Assembly: GCF_009914755.1 (NCBI RefSeq)
Contig: NC_060940.1
Origin: the human T2T-CHM13v2.0 reference genome, Homo sapiens
Strand: one strand, 5' to 3'
DNA: 64,000 nucleotides
The notes below the pieces were generated by a model. The model was not told the origin of the DNA and made no database searches. It was given only the letters and a program-made list of their open reading frames with translations. Position numbers and translations under genes: made by a program. Positions 11,795 to 26,362 of the stretch are shown here, piece after piece (positions within the stretch are counted from its first letter, which is position 1; each line of letters starts with the position of its first letter).

Positions 11795-11975
11795 AGAGAA
11801 CTAATTAAAAGGGTAGGAGGAGGTGAGGGGTGAAAAATTGCTTAAAGAGTAAAACGTTCACTATTCGGGTGATGGATGCGCTAAAAGTCCAGACTTTGCC
11901 ATTAAGCCTTATATCCATGTAACAAAATTGCACCTGCAACCCCTAAATCTATACGTATTTTAAAAAGAAAAAGTA
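11795..11975 (+). mobile_element. L1 3' end fragment (L1PB/L1MA-type)
   Basis: GTTCACTATTCGGGTGATGG...AGACTT...ATCCATGTAACAAAA..GCACCTG..CCCCTAAATCTATA plus an A-rich end. Confidence 0.7.
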
Positions 11976-13829
11976 TGGGCTAGTCCTTCAGCACCAAAGG
12001 TGACTGGAATTAGGCTGGTTTTGACAGATGATCTGAACTGACCCACGAGACCTAGAACTCAGAGAAGAAGCTGGCATATCTCTGTCTCCCCTGTCCCTCC
12101 ATGTCAGCAGGTCTCTCAAGTAACTGAAGCAGGCTTCCTGGGCACCAAAACTTGTTATTGCAACTACCTTTTCTGTAACTCTCAAGATACATTAATATAC
12201 GCTGAGTGAAAACAGACTCAGTTTTACAAGTGCTCAGAGTTCGCAGAAAACACCTTCACATACATGCCCTTGCCTCCAAAAACCCTGAGGGCAGGCATTT
12301 TCAGATGGGAGAATGGAGGTGTAGATGGGTTAAAATGACCTGCCCAAGGTAGGTGTAACTGGCTTTACAGTTGAGATTTTCTAACATCTACGCCTACTAC
12401 TTACTTGTCTATAGTGCAAGGGGTCACTCCACGCTTAAATCAGGTCACTGTCACAGACAAGAGAGCACTCAGCTCCTAGCAAAGCTGAGAAGCACTGGGG
12501 ACAGCTCAAGGACAGGTAGCCACCTGCACTGACAGCAGATGTCCAGAGCCCAGAGTGGGTCACATCTGAGTTTTTCTTCTAAAGAATCAAATTGCCAATC
12601 AGGTACTGACAAGTTCAACAGCATGTCAGAATCTCGGTTTGAGATAAGAGCAAAGCAACCATTCTAAAAATAGCCACCAAAACATGGGCAGAAGATTGCT
12701 ATGGTCTTCAGAGAAAGGCAGTGGCTCACTTCCTTCCGTGTGCACCATGCCTTCCAACCACTTCTGTTTCTTGACACGACTAGTAACCAAGGAAGTTCTC
12801 TAATGCTGCTTCTCCTCCTTCCAGGCCTAGAGTGCTACTCTGTTTTCCTAGGAAAATCCCCCCTCCACCATCCTCAATCTTAAACGTTCACCTTTCTGTG
12901 AAATATCAAGAGTGCATGTGGAAACACAGCCCCTGGGGAGCACACAGTGGCTCCAGCTTCCCACCTCCCGTTCCCCTCCTGATCTACCACCTCACTTTTC
13001 CCATGTCAACCCATCTTACTCCAGCTCTATTTTTTTTCCCAAAAAGGTAGATCTCACAAAATTATCGCATAACCTGTGATTTCTCTGCTCTGCCCCAGTG
13101 AAGGCTCAAGGTCGGCTGATGGCCAGCGTTCAATAACTCCCAGAGTGGTGGCACACCTAGGGTCCTGAACATTGGGGCACATGGTCTGCACTCCTGATCC
13201 ATAGGGTGTGCGTGCACCAGTGCTTGGGGCATAAAAGGGGAATCCAGACGAGCCTGAGGACTCCCAAATTCACAAACTTCACCACAGCCTACAACTTCCC
13301 TGTGACATGCAGTAACACACAGTTCTAGGAGGGTTGCTGTGTCTTTGACCTGTGGCATATAGCACTGGGCCAACCTGAGAATCAGAGGCCAGACTCAGTG
13401 GCATGGGATGCTAAGTACTTTACTTCCAGCCCCAGCCTTTCAGCCTGCACAAGTCAGATGTGTGCTTCAGGAAAACTGTAATCTACTCCACATCATGATA
13501 TTTCCAGGTCCCTTCTATACAGCCAAGACGGACTGCTAAAGCTGTAGCTGCCACGGGTCCCCAGAGCCCTATCCCTTATCTTGCCAAAACCTAATCCTAT
13601 CTGTCTCCACGGGATTTCTTCAATATGGAAAAGGGAACAATTATGAATCTCTCTATAGGTGCAGAGTTAAAATAACATCAAAGGTTTATTCTGCTATGAA
13701 GAAATAGAGGACTGGACTTTCCTAAGCCACAACGACCTATTCATTCCACTCCGCCAGGCTTTAGCCAGCATGCTGCCCCATAAGGCAGCCGCCAGCCTCC
13801 TGGGGTTCTCAAGCCCTGGAAACACAGCT

Positions 13830-14086
13830 GGTCTGAACGGAGATGTGCCAAGTATGAAACAGCACGCCAGAGCCCCCAGACTTCGTATGAAAGAAGGACA
13901 TAAACTTGCTCATTAATTTTTTATATTGAGTACATATCAAAATAATATTTTAGATACACTGGATTAAGTAAAATATATTATTAGAATTAATGTTGCCTGT
14001 TTCTGTTTGCTGTTTAAAATGTGGCTCCTAGAAAATTTAAAACTGCCCATTTGTGGCTCACTATCTATTTCTATTGGACAGCGCTG
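13830..14086 (-). mobile_element. MER33-like hAT-Charlie DNA transposon fragment
   Basis: Ends in TATTTCTATTGGACAGCGCTG; AT-rich core matches the reversed MER33 consensus as recalled. Confidence 0.7.
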
Positions 14087-14428
14087 CTTTAGACAGAACC
14101 CAACAAATCCTTCACGGTTTTATTTCTAGAGGAAAGATGAGCATACTAAAGGTTTAAGGTATCCTTTGTAAACATCAGACCCTTCTTGTGGACAGCCCAT
14201 GAGTCTCTCTGCATAATGGAAGGACCAGTCAACCACAAGGAGCCTCCTGCCACAGCTCATCCCAGCCTGCCTAGCGTTGGCCTCTGTAGGCTCACAGCCT
14301 CTTCCCTGGCAGGGTCAGCAAGGATCCCGTGAGCTCTGGCGACTTCACAGTCTTCTACTTCTCTGACTTTACCATCCTCTATTCATTTTTTTAAATGTCT
14401 CCAAATAATACAGAAAAAAGAAACTTAC

Positions 14429-14478
14429 AGGTTTTGAGATGGTGAATCCGCTGCTGGGATGCACAGGTATTTAACTCC
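14429..14478 (-). CDS. DUSP22: DUSP22 exon 4 (GVKYLCIPAADSPSQN-L; contains D57), 50 nt
   Basis: Acceptor TTCTGCAG|GGA and donor CCT|GTAAGT; too short for the ORF track, read directly from the sequence. Confidence 0.96.
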
Positions 14479-17400
14479 CTGCAGAATAATAAAAAGTAAA
14501 TACATAAAAATAAAAACATGAAACTCAGTGGAGAAAAGTATTTAAGGAACTATTTACACAGGTCAAAAAATAAAAAAATAAAAAGGAGAAGTTTTTCACT
14601 CATCTTTTGTTGCCAAGGAACTGCAGAAAAACTAATTAAAGTTCCTGGTTATTTTCCGTGACCATGCGTACAAATAATCCTGCTTTGGTTTGCAAACAGC
14701 CTGTAGGTTTAGGCAAAATTCAAAGGGCACATCAAAAAAGTGAAATAGTTGAGTACTTTTCAGTAAGTTTCAACTACTTTCAAAACCAGCATCTCAGATG
14801 TTAGTTTATATATTCCAAATTTTTTATATATTTCATTTAGGATTCTGAATGTTCAAAAAGGAAGCACTGTTCGTAAGTAAAAACCTTAACAAGAGTGAAA
14901 ACTATAATGTCACATTACAGCTTTCTACATCAATTTTAGTACCATGACAGCTACAATTTCACTGACGCACCAATACGAGCTTTACCCTGGGGATAATTTG
15001 TTTTATTTTGCTTGCTTTTCAGGACAATAAAGGTTTATATATCAAACAAAAATACTTTTTTCTTTTTTAAAGAATGGCCAAATTTGAAAAAAATAAACTT
15101 CATATACTCCTCTATAAAACTCAGAAAAAGGTTTATGTAAATCCATGCTACAACAGGCATGCTAAATGTGAGATTTATTAAAAAAAAAAATGGCTGTTTC
15201 TCTTTCGGAGGGACTGAAAGAATGTTTCAAAAGCTCTGTCAAGTAGAAACACAAAACATAAAAATCTGATATTCTCTTTGTAAGAGATTATGGCCTGATG
15301 AAGAATTAGATGAATCATTTTTAAATTATTCCTCTCTTAATTGCCTAATCTCACAGAATCTTGCCACCGTGTCACAGACAATGTTAGGGGTACACATCAG
15401 ACACTGGAGAAGTAGCCAACCTTGGAGAATAAAAGCACAGAGGCAGAAGAGGGACACAGACAACCTCAGGTTCTCAGAAGATGGAGTTACAACGCAACGC
15501 ATCTTCAGTAATTAGTCACAAATAATTTCTGCATTTTTAATTAAACTTTTACCATTAACTCCTATTGTTAGGAATTTCTGTGCTGTATTTGCCAATAGGG
15601 ACAACTAAATGTGTAGCTGCCCCTAATCCTTCCACACCTCCTACACATTTTAATAGCCCCTGACATTGTGAGTCCTACTTTTCCAATACAGGCACCAGAC
15701 ACACTTCATGTCCCAACCTCCCTCGCGATTAGGGACTCCCCACCTGGCCCTCAGGAGTCGGATCGGCAGCTACTGAGTGGGATCCGGGAAGCACACGTGG
15801 GCTTCGTGGGCGCAGGGCGGGGGCAGAGCACATGCTCTTTGCGGGGCAGGTGGGGCAGGGGTGGGCTGGCTCGGGGCAAAGTGGGCGCTGAGCTTGGGGC
15901 CAGTTTTCTGGGGATCACTCCTGAACTTCAGCCTAAAACCTGTTCTCCATCTATTCTGAGGGAACCATGAGCTTTCAGTCTCTCTTAGTAAAAGCTGTTT
16001 CCTGCTGAAACTGAGTCAGAGCAGGATCTGTTCACTGCAACTAACACCTAAGTGAGAGAATTCCCTCTTGCCTCATCCACAATGATGAGGGGTCAGAAAA
16101 ACATCTTTCCCCTCACAGTTTCTGTATGCTTTGAATCAAAAACGTTTTCTCCCTCACAGTTTCTGTACATTTTGTTTCCAGCTTTAAATCAATCTTTACA
16201 CCTTCCAATAAAGGCCCTTTTGGGTCTTGAAGGAGATGAACTTTACTGCTGTTTATCCACATGGGAACATCTCACTTAAGACCAAATGGGCTTCAACCAT
16301 GCCAAGGGTTAATTTAGAATCTGCTGGTGGAAGAGGAAAGTGAGGCAGCAGCTTCTCCCTCCTTTGCCTTCACTTTGTTATCCCCAGTTGCCTCCTCCTG
16401 TCTCTGTCCTCATTTCTCCTGGGCTTGTGGGCTGTGCTCTGCTGGGAACACTGAAAGTATCTTCAAACCTAGAGTGGTATTACAGCTCGGACTTCAAGGG
16501 AAAACAAACGGAAAAGGAAGTATTATTGTTAAAAGTAATTTCAGTCCTTTCCTTCGTGGAGGCCAAACAAGCTTGTTGGTATAGATGCACATACATTGAT
16601 CACCTCCTGCAGCCACCATTGAAATGACTCATTCACTTCTTTCCTTTTACTCTTAAGTGAGAGTTGGCAGTCGATCAGTCCAGAAGCTTGTGAAATCCTT
16701 TCCTCCCACACTCTCCCTCCACGCTCCTTGGAGACCAGCACCTCCAGACAGACCAGAAGGAGCCTCAAGTTCCCACCTTCCCTTCTAGTGCCATCTTCAG
16801 TGTCAGCGACTTCCATCTGGCAAGGAAGCTTAAGACGAGATGGAAATGCCGGCGTCCCCCAGATGTTGACTGACAGCCACTTTATTCCAGCAGAATCTAA
16901 AATCAGCCTAGTCTATATATCAAGAGGAAAGAAAAAAAAAAAAAAAAGAAGGACAGGAAGAGAATGGACAGAGGGTCTGCTGAATAGCTCTTTGCTGGCT
17001 ATAAATACCAGCCGTGGGACTGGACAGTATTGTGCTTCCTATGGGCAGTCTCCATGTGTGGTTGTGTTCCCCTTTGTGGCACCCGATGAGCAAAAGGACC
17101 AACTCAGGCTGGTCCCATGAGGCAGGAGCACCTTGTCTGGTGGGCACGAGAATCTACCCACAGGAAGACGGCAAAGGCTATCTCTCCATCTGGGAACCAC
17201 CAGGATGAGGAGGCAGCTCTTGGCCATGCTGGCCCCTGCCCACAGTCGCTGGGGTGGGCGTGTGGAGCTGCAGCCTCCCATCTGTGAATCCTCTGAAGAG
17301 GAACAAAATGGCTCCCAACCACAATTTGGGGACCACCTGCTGCTAAGGCAGGACAGATAAAAATAGAAAACCTGAGTCAAGATTATATTCTGTTGAAGAC

Positions 17401-19799
17401 AGAATGACAACAGCAATGATAACAAGCTTCCCTGCAAGGGTGCCCGGCACACAGCAGGCACTCACTGAAATGTCTGCAGAGTGATGAGACAGAGGATGAG
17501 AACAATGAACACAAAGATCACACTGCCAGATGAGTGCAAGGAAAGAAAAATACTGTAAAGCACCATCATTTGTGCCAGTGACCACGAAACGAGAGCTGGG
17601 CTTCAGCCCACACCATGCAAACAGCAAGCCACCCACACATGCTCAAGGGACACCAGCGTCCCTCCTGGCCACTGCAACAGGACGCAGCTGAGAGCCAGTC
17701 GGCGTGATCCACAATAAGAATATGCAAACTCAGTCAAGGAAGGAGTCAAAACTGTCAAAAAGGTTCAGCTGCTCGCCACCTAAGAACATCTATTTATCTT
17801 GGTTTAGTTATTAACAAAGCATGAAAAGTCTCTCCCAAGCCACAGACTACAGAATTTGAGTTACCTTAGAACAGCTTCAGATACCTGCACATGTGTACAA
17901 TTCATGACAGTTAATTACTAATTCAGAAAGCAGCATGAGTCCCCCAGTGCCACAAGAAAGCTGGCCCACTTAAAAGTATCCTAGTACTAATGAATAAGTT
18001 CTGCAAATGTTTTAATGTGATGTGGAATAGATGGTTTCACCAAATAGGTCCTCAAGACAGGACCACTCTCCGGTTTTGAAGTTTACAGAAATAGAAATAA
18101 AGGACAGGATAAGTTTAGATAAATTATGGAAAGTATAACAAACTTGGAGGTTAAAAAAAAAGCAATAAAAATTCTAGAACAATCTGAAAAATTTGTAAGT
18201 AATGAAGATAACAGCAATGTTTCCATTAGTACAGTGTTTGCTGTAAGGTATTCACTCCCTCATACTACCTCTAATATTTGAAAAAGTAAAGATAAAATGG
18301 GTTGTCTTCCTGTAGCAATAAAAGTCTCACTAAATAAATAAGAATTCAGCACTTTCCACGATGTTCCAAAACAGTGGATTGGTGGAAAGCCAATTAACAT
18401 CACAGTTTTATGAGGCTATTAAACGTCAAGTTACGGTGCTTCAATCTCGAGTACACTGAAATACAAAAACAAGCTCAGTTAAGAAAAATGGGCTCTGTGT
18501 TTGCTTCAAGACCGTCATGATTTCTATGAGGACAAAGAAAGAGCAGCGATGATGGCATTTTAAGTGGCGTAACATGACGAAGTGAGTACCAGGAGAGGAA
18601 AAGGGGGAAGAAGTAAGGAACAGTCTCTACCTGTGTTGAGGGGACCAGGTGTACACCGTATATTACTAATGCCAAGCAGCATGTATAAAACAATTAGTAT
18701 AGAACAACCGGTATAAAACCACGTGATGTAAAAATTTGGAAGATGCTGCAAAGAGGCAGGAGAGATGGGGGATCTGCTAAGGACAGCTTTCTAGTGAAGG
18801 TTTTGTGTTTAGGTTTTGAAAGAAACAACAGACGTCACTTGGAGGAGAAGAAAGTTCAGAAGGTTTTCCAGCGGCTCTTCAAACCAGAGCTTAGAGCTGC
18901 CTGAGTCCATCTTCTCAAAAGTTCTAAATACTTTTCAGTTTTCTGTTTCAACAAGTATAGTAACCACCAAAAGTAAGGTTTTTACCTTTCTTTGGGCCTG
19001 AAACTAAAGATTACACTTAAAACGATACGGAGGCAGGTCCCTGAAAAGCAGGGCCAAGGTTCTGATTTCACGACTGGTAAAGAAAGAGATCAAACTCTCG
19101 CTTGTTTCAAGCATGATTTCTAACATTCACTGTTCTTTTCTTTCTGAGGCGTTGTAAGAAGGAGAGTCTTCTCAAGAGCCCAGCTGACATTCTGCTTTGC
19201 ACAAGGAAGATAAACCCTTCAGAAGCCATGTCTCTCTCCTCTCAAAGCCAACAGAAACCAGTTACAGGACAGAACTGGATCCCTGCAGGAGCGTCTTCAA
19301 AACACAAGGAGGGGGAGAGCAAGTTCCTAAGGGCCAGGATCAGGAAACCACGCAATGGAAACGTCATTTTGGCTGCTAATAAACATGTCACCACTAGAAG
19401 CCCCGGTTTCTCATCTCAGCCTGTGCGGCAGCAGTGACGGTATGGTGAGCCCAGGGGGGTCCTCCTCCAGCAATGGTGTCTGTTATTTGAAAATGAGTCC
19501 CATGAGGGAGGTGCCGGGTGCCCTGCTTCACCGGCCTGTGTGGCCCCTGTACACACACTCTGTATTCACACTGACCCTCCACCACAATTAACAACTGAGC
19601 GAAACCAGCCAGCGAACTCTCAAGAGCGACTTTCACCACATTCCCAGAAGCCTGACCCTGAAAAAAAAAAAAAGAATTAAAAGCCAAATTTAAATTTGAA
19701 CCACTCCTCCCCTGATCAGAAGCAAGGTCACAGCTTGTAACACTATGATGAGAAACACACACAGCAGAAGACTCTCTCATTGGAGACAGCCTCTCTCTA

Positions 19800-20350
<551 letters not shown>

Positions 20351-22972
20351 CCTGACAGCAAGCAAACTGTGAAAACCGTCTGGCCACACTCTTGAAGATC
20401 GTAGACCCAGGAGATGGCAATCAGGAACCTGAAATTGCTTTTTGAGGCACCCTGCAGGTTTGATGAGCTGTCTCCTCTTTGCAAGGTGTCTTTATTCCAC
20501 AGAAAGCATAAGAGAATGCTCATTTACGTGTGTGGCAGCCCAGCTCGGTGCGTGGCACATGCATTTTGATTATTTCTCCTCCAGGTATGACTTTCACATA
20601 GCCCATAACATTTGTAGAAATTATGTAAGGTTAAAGGGAAAAAGCAGAATTCGAAATCCCATCCCAAGGAAGATTACACCTGGAAAAACTTACGTATGCC
20701 TATGGACTAAGTACTGGAAGTCAACACAAAAAATAGGCAAGGTCCAGCAGACAAGACCTCTCCTCTCTTTTTTGTTTGCATCACAGCAAAAGTCCCAAAT
20801 AAATTACTGCAGAAAGCCGCCACGGCAGATAAATATGCTCCATTAGTTAGGCTGCATTATTCATGTTTTAAGTCCAGGTTCTAAACTGAAGATGTATTTT
20901 CTTAAAGCACCCATTTGCCACTGATTCTTCCTGCATCAGCTAAATTTAGGAAACCGTACTACAAATAATAACTTCCAAGAACTCTGTGGTACTGATGGGG
21001 CGGGGAGGGAGCAGGAGGTCAGAGTGGAGAGACAAGATTTAGCCTCTGGTTTGATACTGTGAGACAACATGCAAATGAGAAACCTCCAACACCTGTGACT
21101 TCTTTCAGGTTAGTCAAAAACCGACATGCATTTGACTTGTCAGATCAACAGATGAGAACTCAAAAGCTTATTTTTGTTCAAGATATTTCAGTGCAAGGCT
21201 AAAGTGGGCACGGTCAGAATGTTGGATTTCCTCCAGCCAGTACGGGCTGGGTTATGGGAAGGCAGTGAGGGAGATTCACTCTAGCTCCGTCTCACCACTG
21301 AAAGCCCTACCGGGTGCTTTCAGTTCAGCTGCAGGACTTGCTGATGTACACAATTGTGACTCATGAAAACTGGGCCAGTTTCAGCAGTCACTTGGGACCA
21401 AGGCATTCCGTGGTATTACTTAATGAAGGTGAAGCCTGAACAACCCATCTCAAAAAACTGCCATGAGTGAAAGCTGCTGCTTAGAAATCAGCAGCAGATA
21501 TTCTAGGAGTGTTCTCTGTACGTATCACCAGGGAAAAATTTATCTCTTACAAACATTATCTGATCACACATCTCAGCTGCTGAAAAATATTCAGTGGCTC
21601 CTCTCTGTCTGCAAAGTAGAGAAGACCCATTTTCACAGTGCTTCAGCATCTGTCCACAACCCCCTTCCTGACCTCACATCCATGATCTCTCCCTCCTACC
21701 ACCCCTCGCTCCTCAAACTCCAGCAACCCTGGGCTGCTGTTAGTCTCCCCACATGTTCTGTGCTTCCCTGCTCCCGGCCATCCTGCCAAGTCCCTGTGGT
21801 TTTCTCTCTCTGGAATAGGCTTTCTGCGTGGCTCTTCTCAGTAAAACCTCCCTGACATACCCACCAGGCTCTCTGTGGAGCCTTCCCTCACCTCCTCGGC
21901 CTCCCCCTTAGCAGACTTCAGCCCCACGCTGGGCCCCCACACCACCAGCAGCACACAGGCGCATGGCCCTGGCACAGAGGACTGGCACTGCGTGTGAAGG
22001 GCCAGTCTCTCTCACTAGACCCCAGATTCCTCGAACTCCCACGGCTGTGGTCATCATCTATCAGTCTCCTGGCACCTCTCTCCTGTAAACGGTTCCAAAT
22101 GAAGAAAGGAATGCATGAGGAGGGACATGCCATTTCAGAATTTTAAACATGTGGCCACCAACCCAATGCGCCCTGACAGCACTGCTCCCAGGCTGGCCAC
22201 GGCACCTGCAGGTAGCCCTGGAGTCACCGTCCAGTGCGGGCCGGCCTCCACCTTCACTCTCCTCCAGCTGTAAATGGGGCTCTGCTGGACGTGGTGAGTG
22301 CACGCTCCCACACAGAAAACCATGACAGGCAAAGACAAGGCAAAGATGCTGGGCATTTCTGGGGCTGCATTAAACTGGGGGCTACCCAGCCCCAAGATTC
22401 AGACCTGGCTGGGCTCCTGGAAGCTCTTAGTTTCCTCTCAGTAATGCTCCTGCTGCCCAACAGCGAAGCCCAGGGTGGGTGAACTAGGGCCCATGTTCAC
22501 GGGGCACAGCTGTGCCCACTGATTCACGTATTGTCTGTGGCCCCTCACCTCATGGTGGAGGCTACAGTAGCTGCAGCAGAAGTCCCCAAAGCCCCAAATA
22601 TTCCCTGGGCCTTGACAGCCAAAGCGTGCCAAGCCTCGGTCTAGACAGTCCCATTGCACAAAGTCATTCTGATGGTGACAGCTTGTTTTGCACATCCCAT
22701 TTGTCTTCTCCATTTAAATGACATCTGATACAGCACACCACCTTCTTAGAATTGCAGCATTCTTAATCTGCAGCTGTGCTCAATTCTCCTTTGCTCTGAT
22801 GCAGAGAGGGACAGAAGGATTTCCCTTGAACACAGGACTTTAAACAAGGAAAGTCAATGTGACATGTGAAAAATACTAAGTGCAGTGCCAGAACACAGTA
22901 GATGCTCAATAAATGGTAGTAGACAGGATTTGCCAGTGACTCTCCCTCAAGGGCAATCCCATCTGCATAATT

Positions 22973-24541
22973 ACCAGCAGATACAGCACTGCACACACCA
23001 GGACGCAGAAGCCCAGGGCAGATGACTCTCCAGGCACCCGCAGATACAGCATTGCAGACACCAGGACGCAGAAGCCCAGGGCAGATGACTCCAGGCACCA
23101 GCAGATACAGCACTGCACACACCAGGACGCGGAAGCCCAGGGCAGATGACTCCAGGCACCAGCAGATACAGCACTGCACACACCAGAACGCAGAAGCCCA
23201 GGGCAGATGACTCTCCAGACACCAGCAGATACAGCACTGCACACACCAGGACGCAGAAGCCCAGGGAAGATGACTCCAGGCACCAGCAGATACAGCATTG
23301 CACACACCAGGACGCAGAAGCCCAGGGCAGATGACTCTCCAGGCACCAGCAGATACAGCACTGCACACACCAGGACACAGAAGCCGAGGGAAGATGACTC
23401 TCCAGGCACCAGCAGATACAGCATTGCACACACCAGGACGGGGAAGCCCAGGGCAGATGACTCTCCAGGCACCAGCAGATACAGCACTGCACACACCAGA
23501 ACGCAGAAGCCCAGGGCAGATGACTCTCCAGGCACCAGCAGATACAGCATTGCACACACCAGGACGCGGAAGCCCAGCGCAGATGACTCTCCAGGCACCA
23601 GCAGATACAGCACTGCACACACCAGGACGCAGAAGCCCAGGGAAGATGACTCCAGGCACCAGCAGATACAGCATTGCACACACCAGGACGCGGAAGCCCA
23701 GGGCAGATGACTCTCCAGGCACCAGCAGATACAGCACTGCACACACCAGAACGCAGAAGCCCAGGGCAGATGACTCTCCAGGCACCAGCAGGTACAGCAC
23801 TGCACACACGAGGATGCGGAAGCCCAGGGCAGATGACTCCAGGCACCAGCAGGTACAGCACTGCACACACGAGGATGCAGAAGCCCAGGGCAGATGACTC
23901 CAGGCACCAGCAGATACAGCATTGCACACACCAGGATGCAGAAGCCCAGGGCAGATGACTCTCCAGGCACCCGCAGATACAGCATTGCACACACCAGGAC
24001 GCGGAAGCCCAGGGCAGATGACTCTCCAGGCACCAGCAGATATAGCACTGCACACACCAGGACGCGGAAGCCCAGGGCAGATGACTCTCCAGGCACCAGC
24101 AGATACAGCACTGCACACACCAGGATACGGAAGCCCAGGGCAGATGACTCTCCAGGCACCAGCAGGTACAGCACTGCACACACCAGGATGCAGAAGCCCA
24201 GGGCAGATGACTCCAGGCACCAGCAGATACAGCACTGCACACACCAGGATGCAGAAGCCCAGGGCAGATGACTCTCCAGGCACCCGCAGATACAGCATTG
24301 CACACACCAGGACGCGGAAGCCCAGGGCAGATGACTCTCCAGGCACCAGCAGATATAGCACTGCACACACCAGGACGCGGAAGCCCAGGGCAGATGACTC
24401 TCCAGGCACCAGCAGATACAGCACTGCACACACCAGGACGCAGAAGCCCAGGGCAGATGACTCTCCAGGCACCAGCAGGTACAGCACTGCACACACGAGG
24501 ATGCGGAAGCCCAGGGCAGATGACTCTCCAGGCACCAGCAG
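22973..24541. repeat. VNTR with 63/61-bp units: 25 complete copies (18x63, 7x61) plus a partial copy, in intron 3
   Basis: Unit ACCAGCAGATACAGCACTGCACACACCAGGACGCAGAAGCCCAGGGCAGATGACT(CT)CCAGGC; unit starts counted from 22973 to 24534. Confidence 0.97.
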
Positions 24542-26328
24542 GGAGAGGGCCACACTGCTCTTCAAGCTGTGTGCTGTACCTATCTCCCTGAGCCAGCCTC
24601 CCCTTCCCGGCAGGATGCGGCAGCCTGCCTTAAACACAGCTCCCTCCTTAGGGAGGCACGAAGCGCTGCTGGGAACACTGTGCCTGTTTTGCAGTTGGCT
24701 AAGCCAGTGAGCTCTCGGAGCCCCTCGCTGGTGATGGAATGGGTCCCTCAGCTGCAGATGGGTTACAGGCTTTGTAGACTGCCGCTTGTCTTCAGGCTTG
24801 GACACAATCTGCAGCATCTAGGAAGCCCTTTCTAAACAGCACGGATGATCCCTCCAGCCGAACACCACATCCTCCCTCTGGGATCATACTCTAGAAGCTG
24901 TTTTGAGAAAGAGGCAAACACTGACCCAGAGCAGGGTGCTGCCCTCCAGGGCTGGCCAGTTCTGCATGGGCAGGGCTGAGGCTCAAGACACGCAAAGGCT
25001 GGACGTGGTGAGTGCCACGGGAGCTCAGGGCAGAAAGAACGTCCACGGGGTGGGAGAGTGGAGAGAAATGAGAACAGCGGCTCTTCTGTTTCTCCTCAAC
25101 ACCAGGAGGGACACCCCTCTGTTATGCAGCAAGTTAATATTAGAGACGTGCTGCATTCCTGTGCTCCGCGGCACTCACTGCCTGAGGTTCGCGGCAGCAG
25201 GTGTGGGTGGGAGAGCGTGTTCCTTGCTCTGATTAAGGATGAGCGGGTCACTGCTCCCAGGCCTCCCCAGGAAGGGCGGCACTCCTCCAAGCCCTCCACC
25301 CTCTCCACGCCTGCCGCTGCTAGCATGGCACAGAAGGAGGCCCTAGGTCACCTCGGTCAGAGCCCACATGTGGAAGCACAGGGGAAGAGAGTGCTCCGGC
25401 CACCAAGGAGGCTAGAGGACACTCACTGGGGTAGCCATGCGGCTGCAAGCCCACTGCTGAAGTAGGAGCAGCTGCAGAGGTTTCCATCAGAAAAGGCAGG
25501 AAACCTCAGCTTAAAGGAACAGTTTTTAAAAACCAGGAAGCCAAAAACCAAAAACACTTGGAAATGTTATCTTCCTTTGCTAGTTATGAGATCTTTTCTT
25601 CTTCAGGGCATAGGGTGGAGCCATTCCATAGTGCAATTTAATTGCACTCTCCATCTGCTCTCACTGACAATCATGTAAAGGAGACTTCGAACTGCTTCCA
25701 CTTGGGTGCTGCGGGGCTGATCTCCTGGAACAAGGTATTTCATAAAATAGATATATTTGATTTGTACCTATTCTACCCCGGCGAGGCTCTGCCTCCTCCC
25801 AGGTCAGCACAGCTGAAATGATCCTTGAACTCCTCTGCTTAGGAATAATTTCCAAGAGTAGGAGTCTCAAGCCAAGGTCTGAGCTCTGCTCTGTTCACCC
25901 CAGAGTTACAAACTGACAGGGAAATCTGTGCCTATACAGCCATCCTAAGATGGCAAAGGGACGCCCTAAGAGCCACTTCCCCGCGTCCTCTCCTTGCACT
26001 GATAGTGGCTGCACCTCTCACGGAAGGAGCCAAGGGCCTTGTGGATTAACCCCCACTAGCCGGGGAAAAACCTGAGAACAAAAAGTTGGACCTCAAGAGA
26101 AAGAAGCTCTAACTCAGATTTCAGATGCACCTACTTCGTTCCCACGCCCAGAACTTTCACCATGCATTTCATTTGCTTTCCCATGGGAAAAGAAGGCCAG
26201 AGCTAGCTGGCGATGCCCCTGCTCAGTGATGAATGCTGAAACTTGACGCTGGCAGTAGCTGCAGTGATAACTGAAAGGAGGGAAATAACTTCTCAATTCA
26301 AACCTAGGGTTTGATACTGTCCACCTCA

Positions 26329-26362
26329 ACACACACACACACACACACACACATGCACACAC
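26329..26362. repeat. (CA)n microsatellite
   Basis: Direct reading. Confidence 0.9.

Noticed and set aside
22973-24541. CRISPR-like array
   Set aside because: The units are contiguous tandem copies with no unique spacers, there are no cas genes, and the context is a human intron.
22763-24817. 684-, 549- and 507-aa ORFs and the repetitive plus-strand ORFs
   Set aside because: They lie almost entirely within the 63/61-bp VNTR. The 21-aa periodic peptides swap frame at each 61-bp unit, and there is no coding or splice context.
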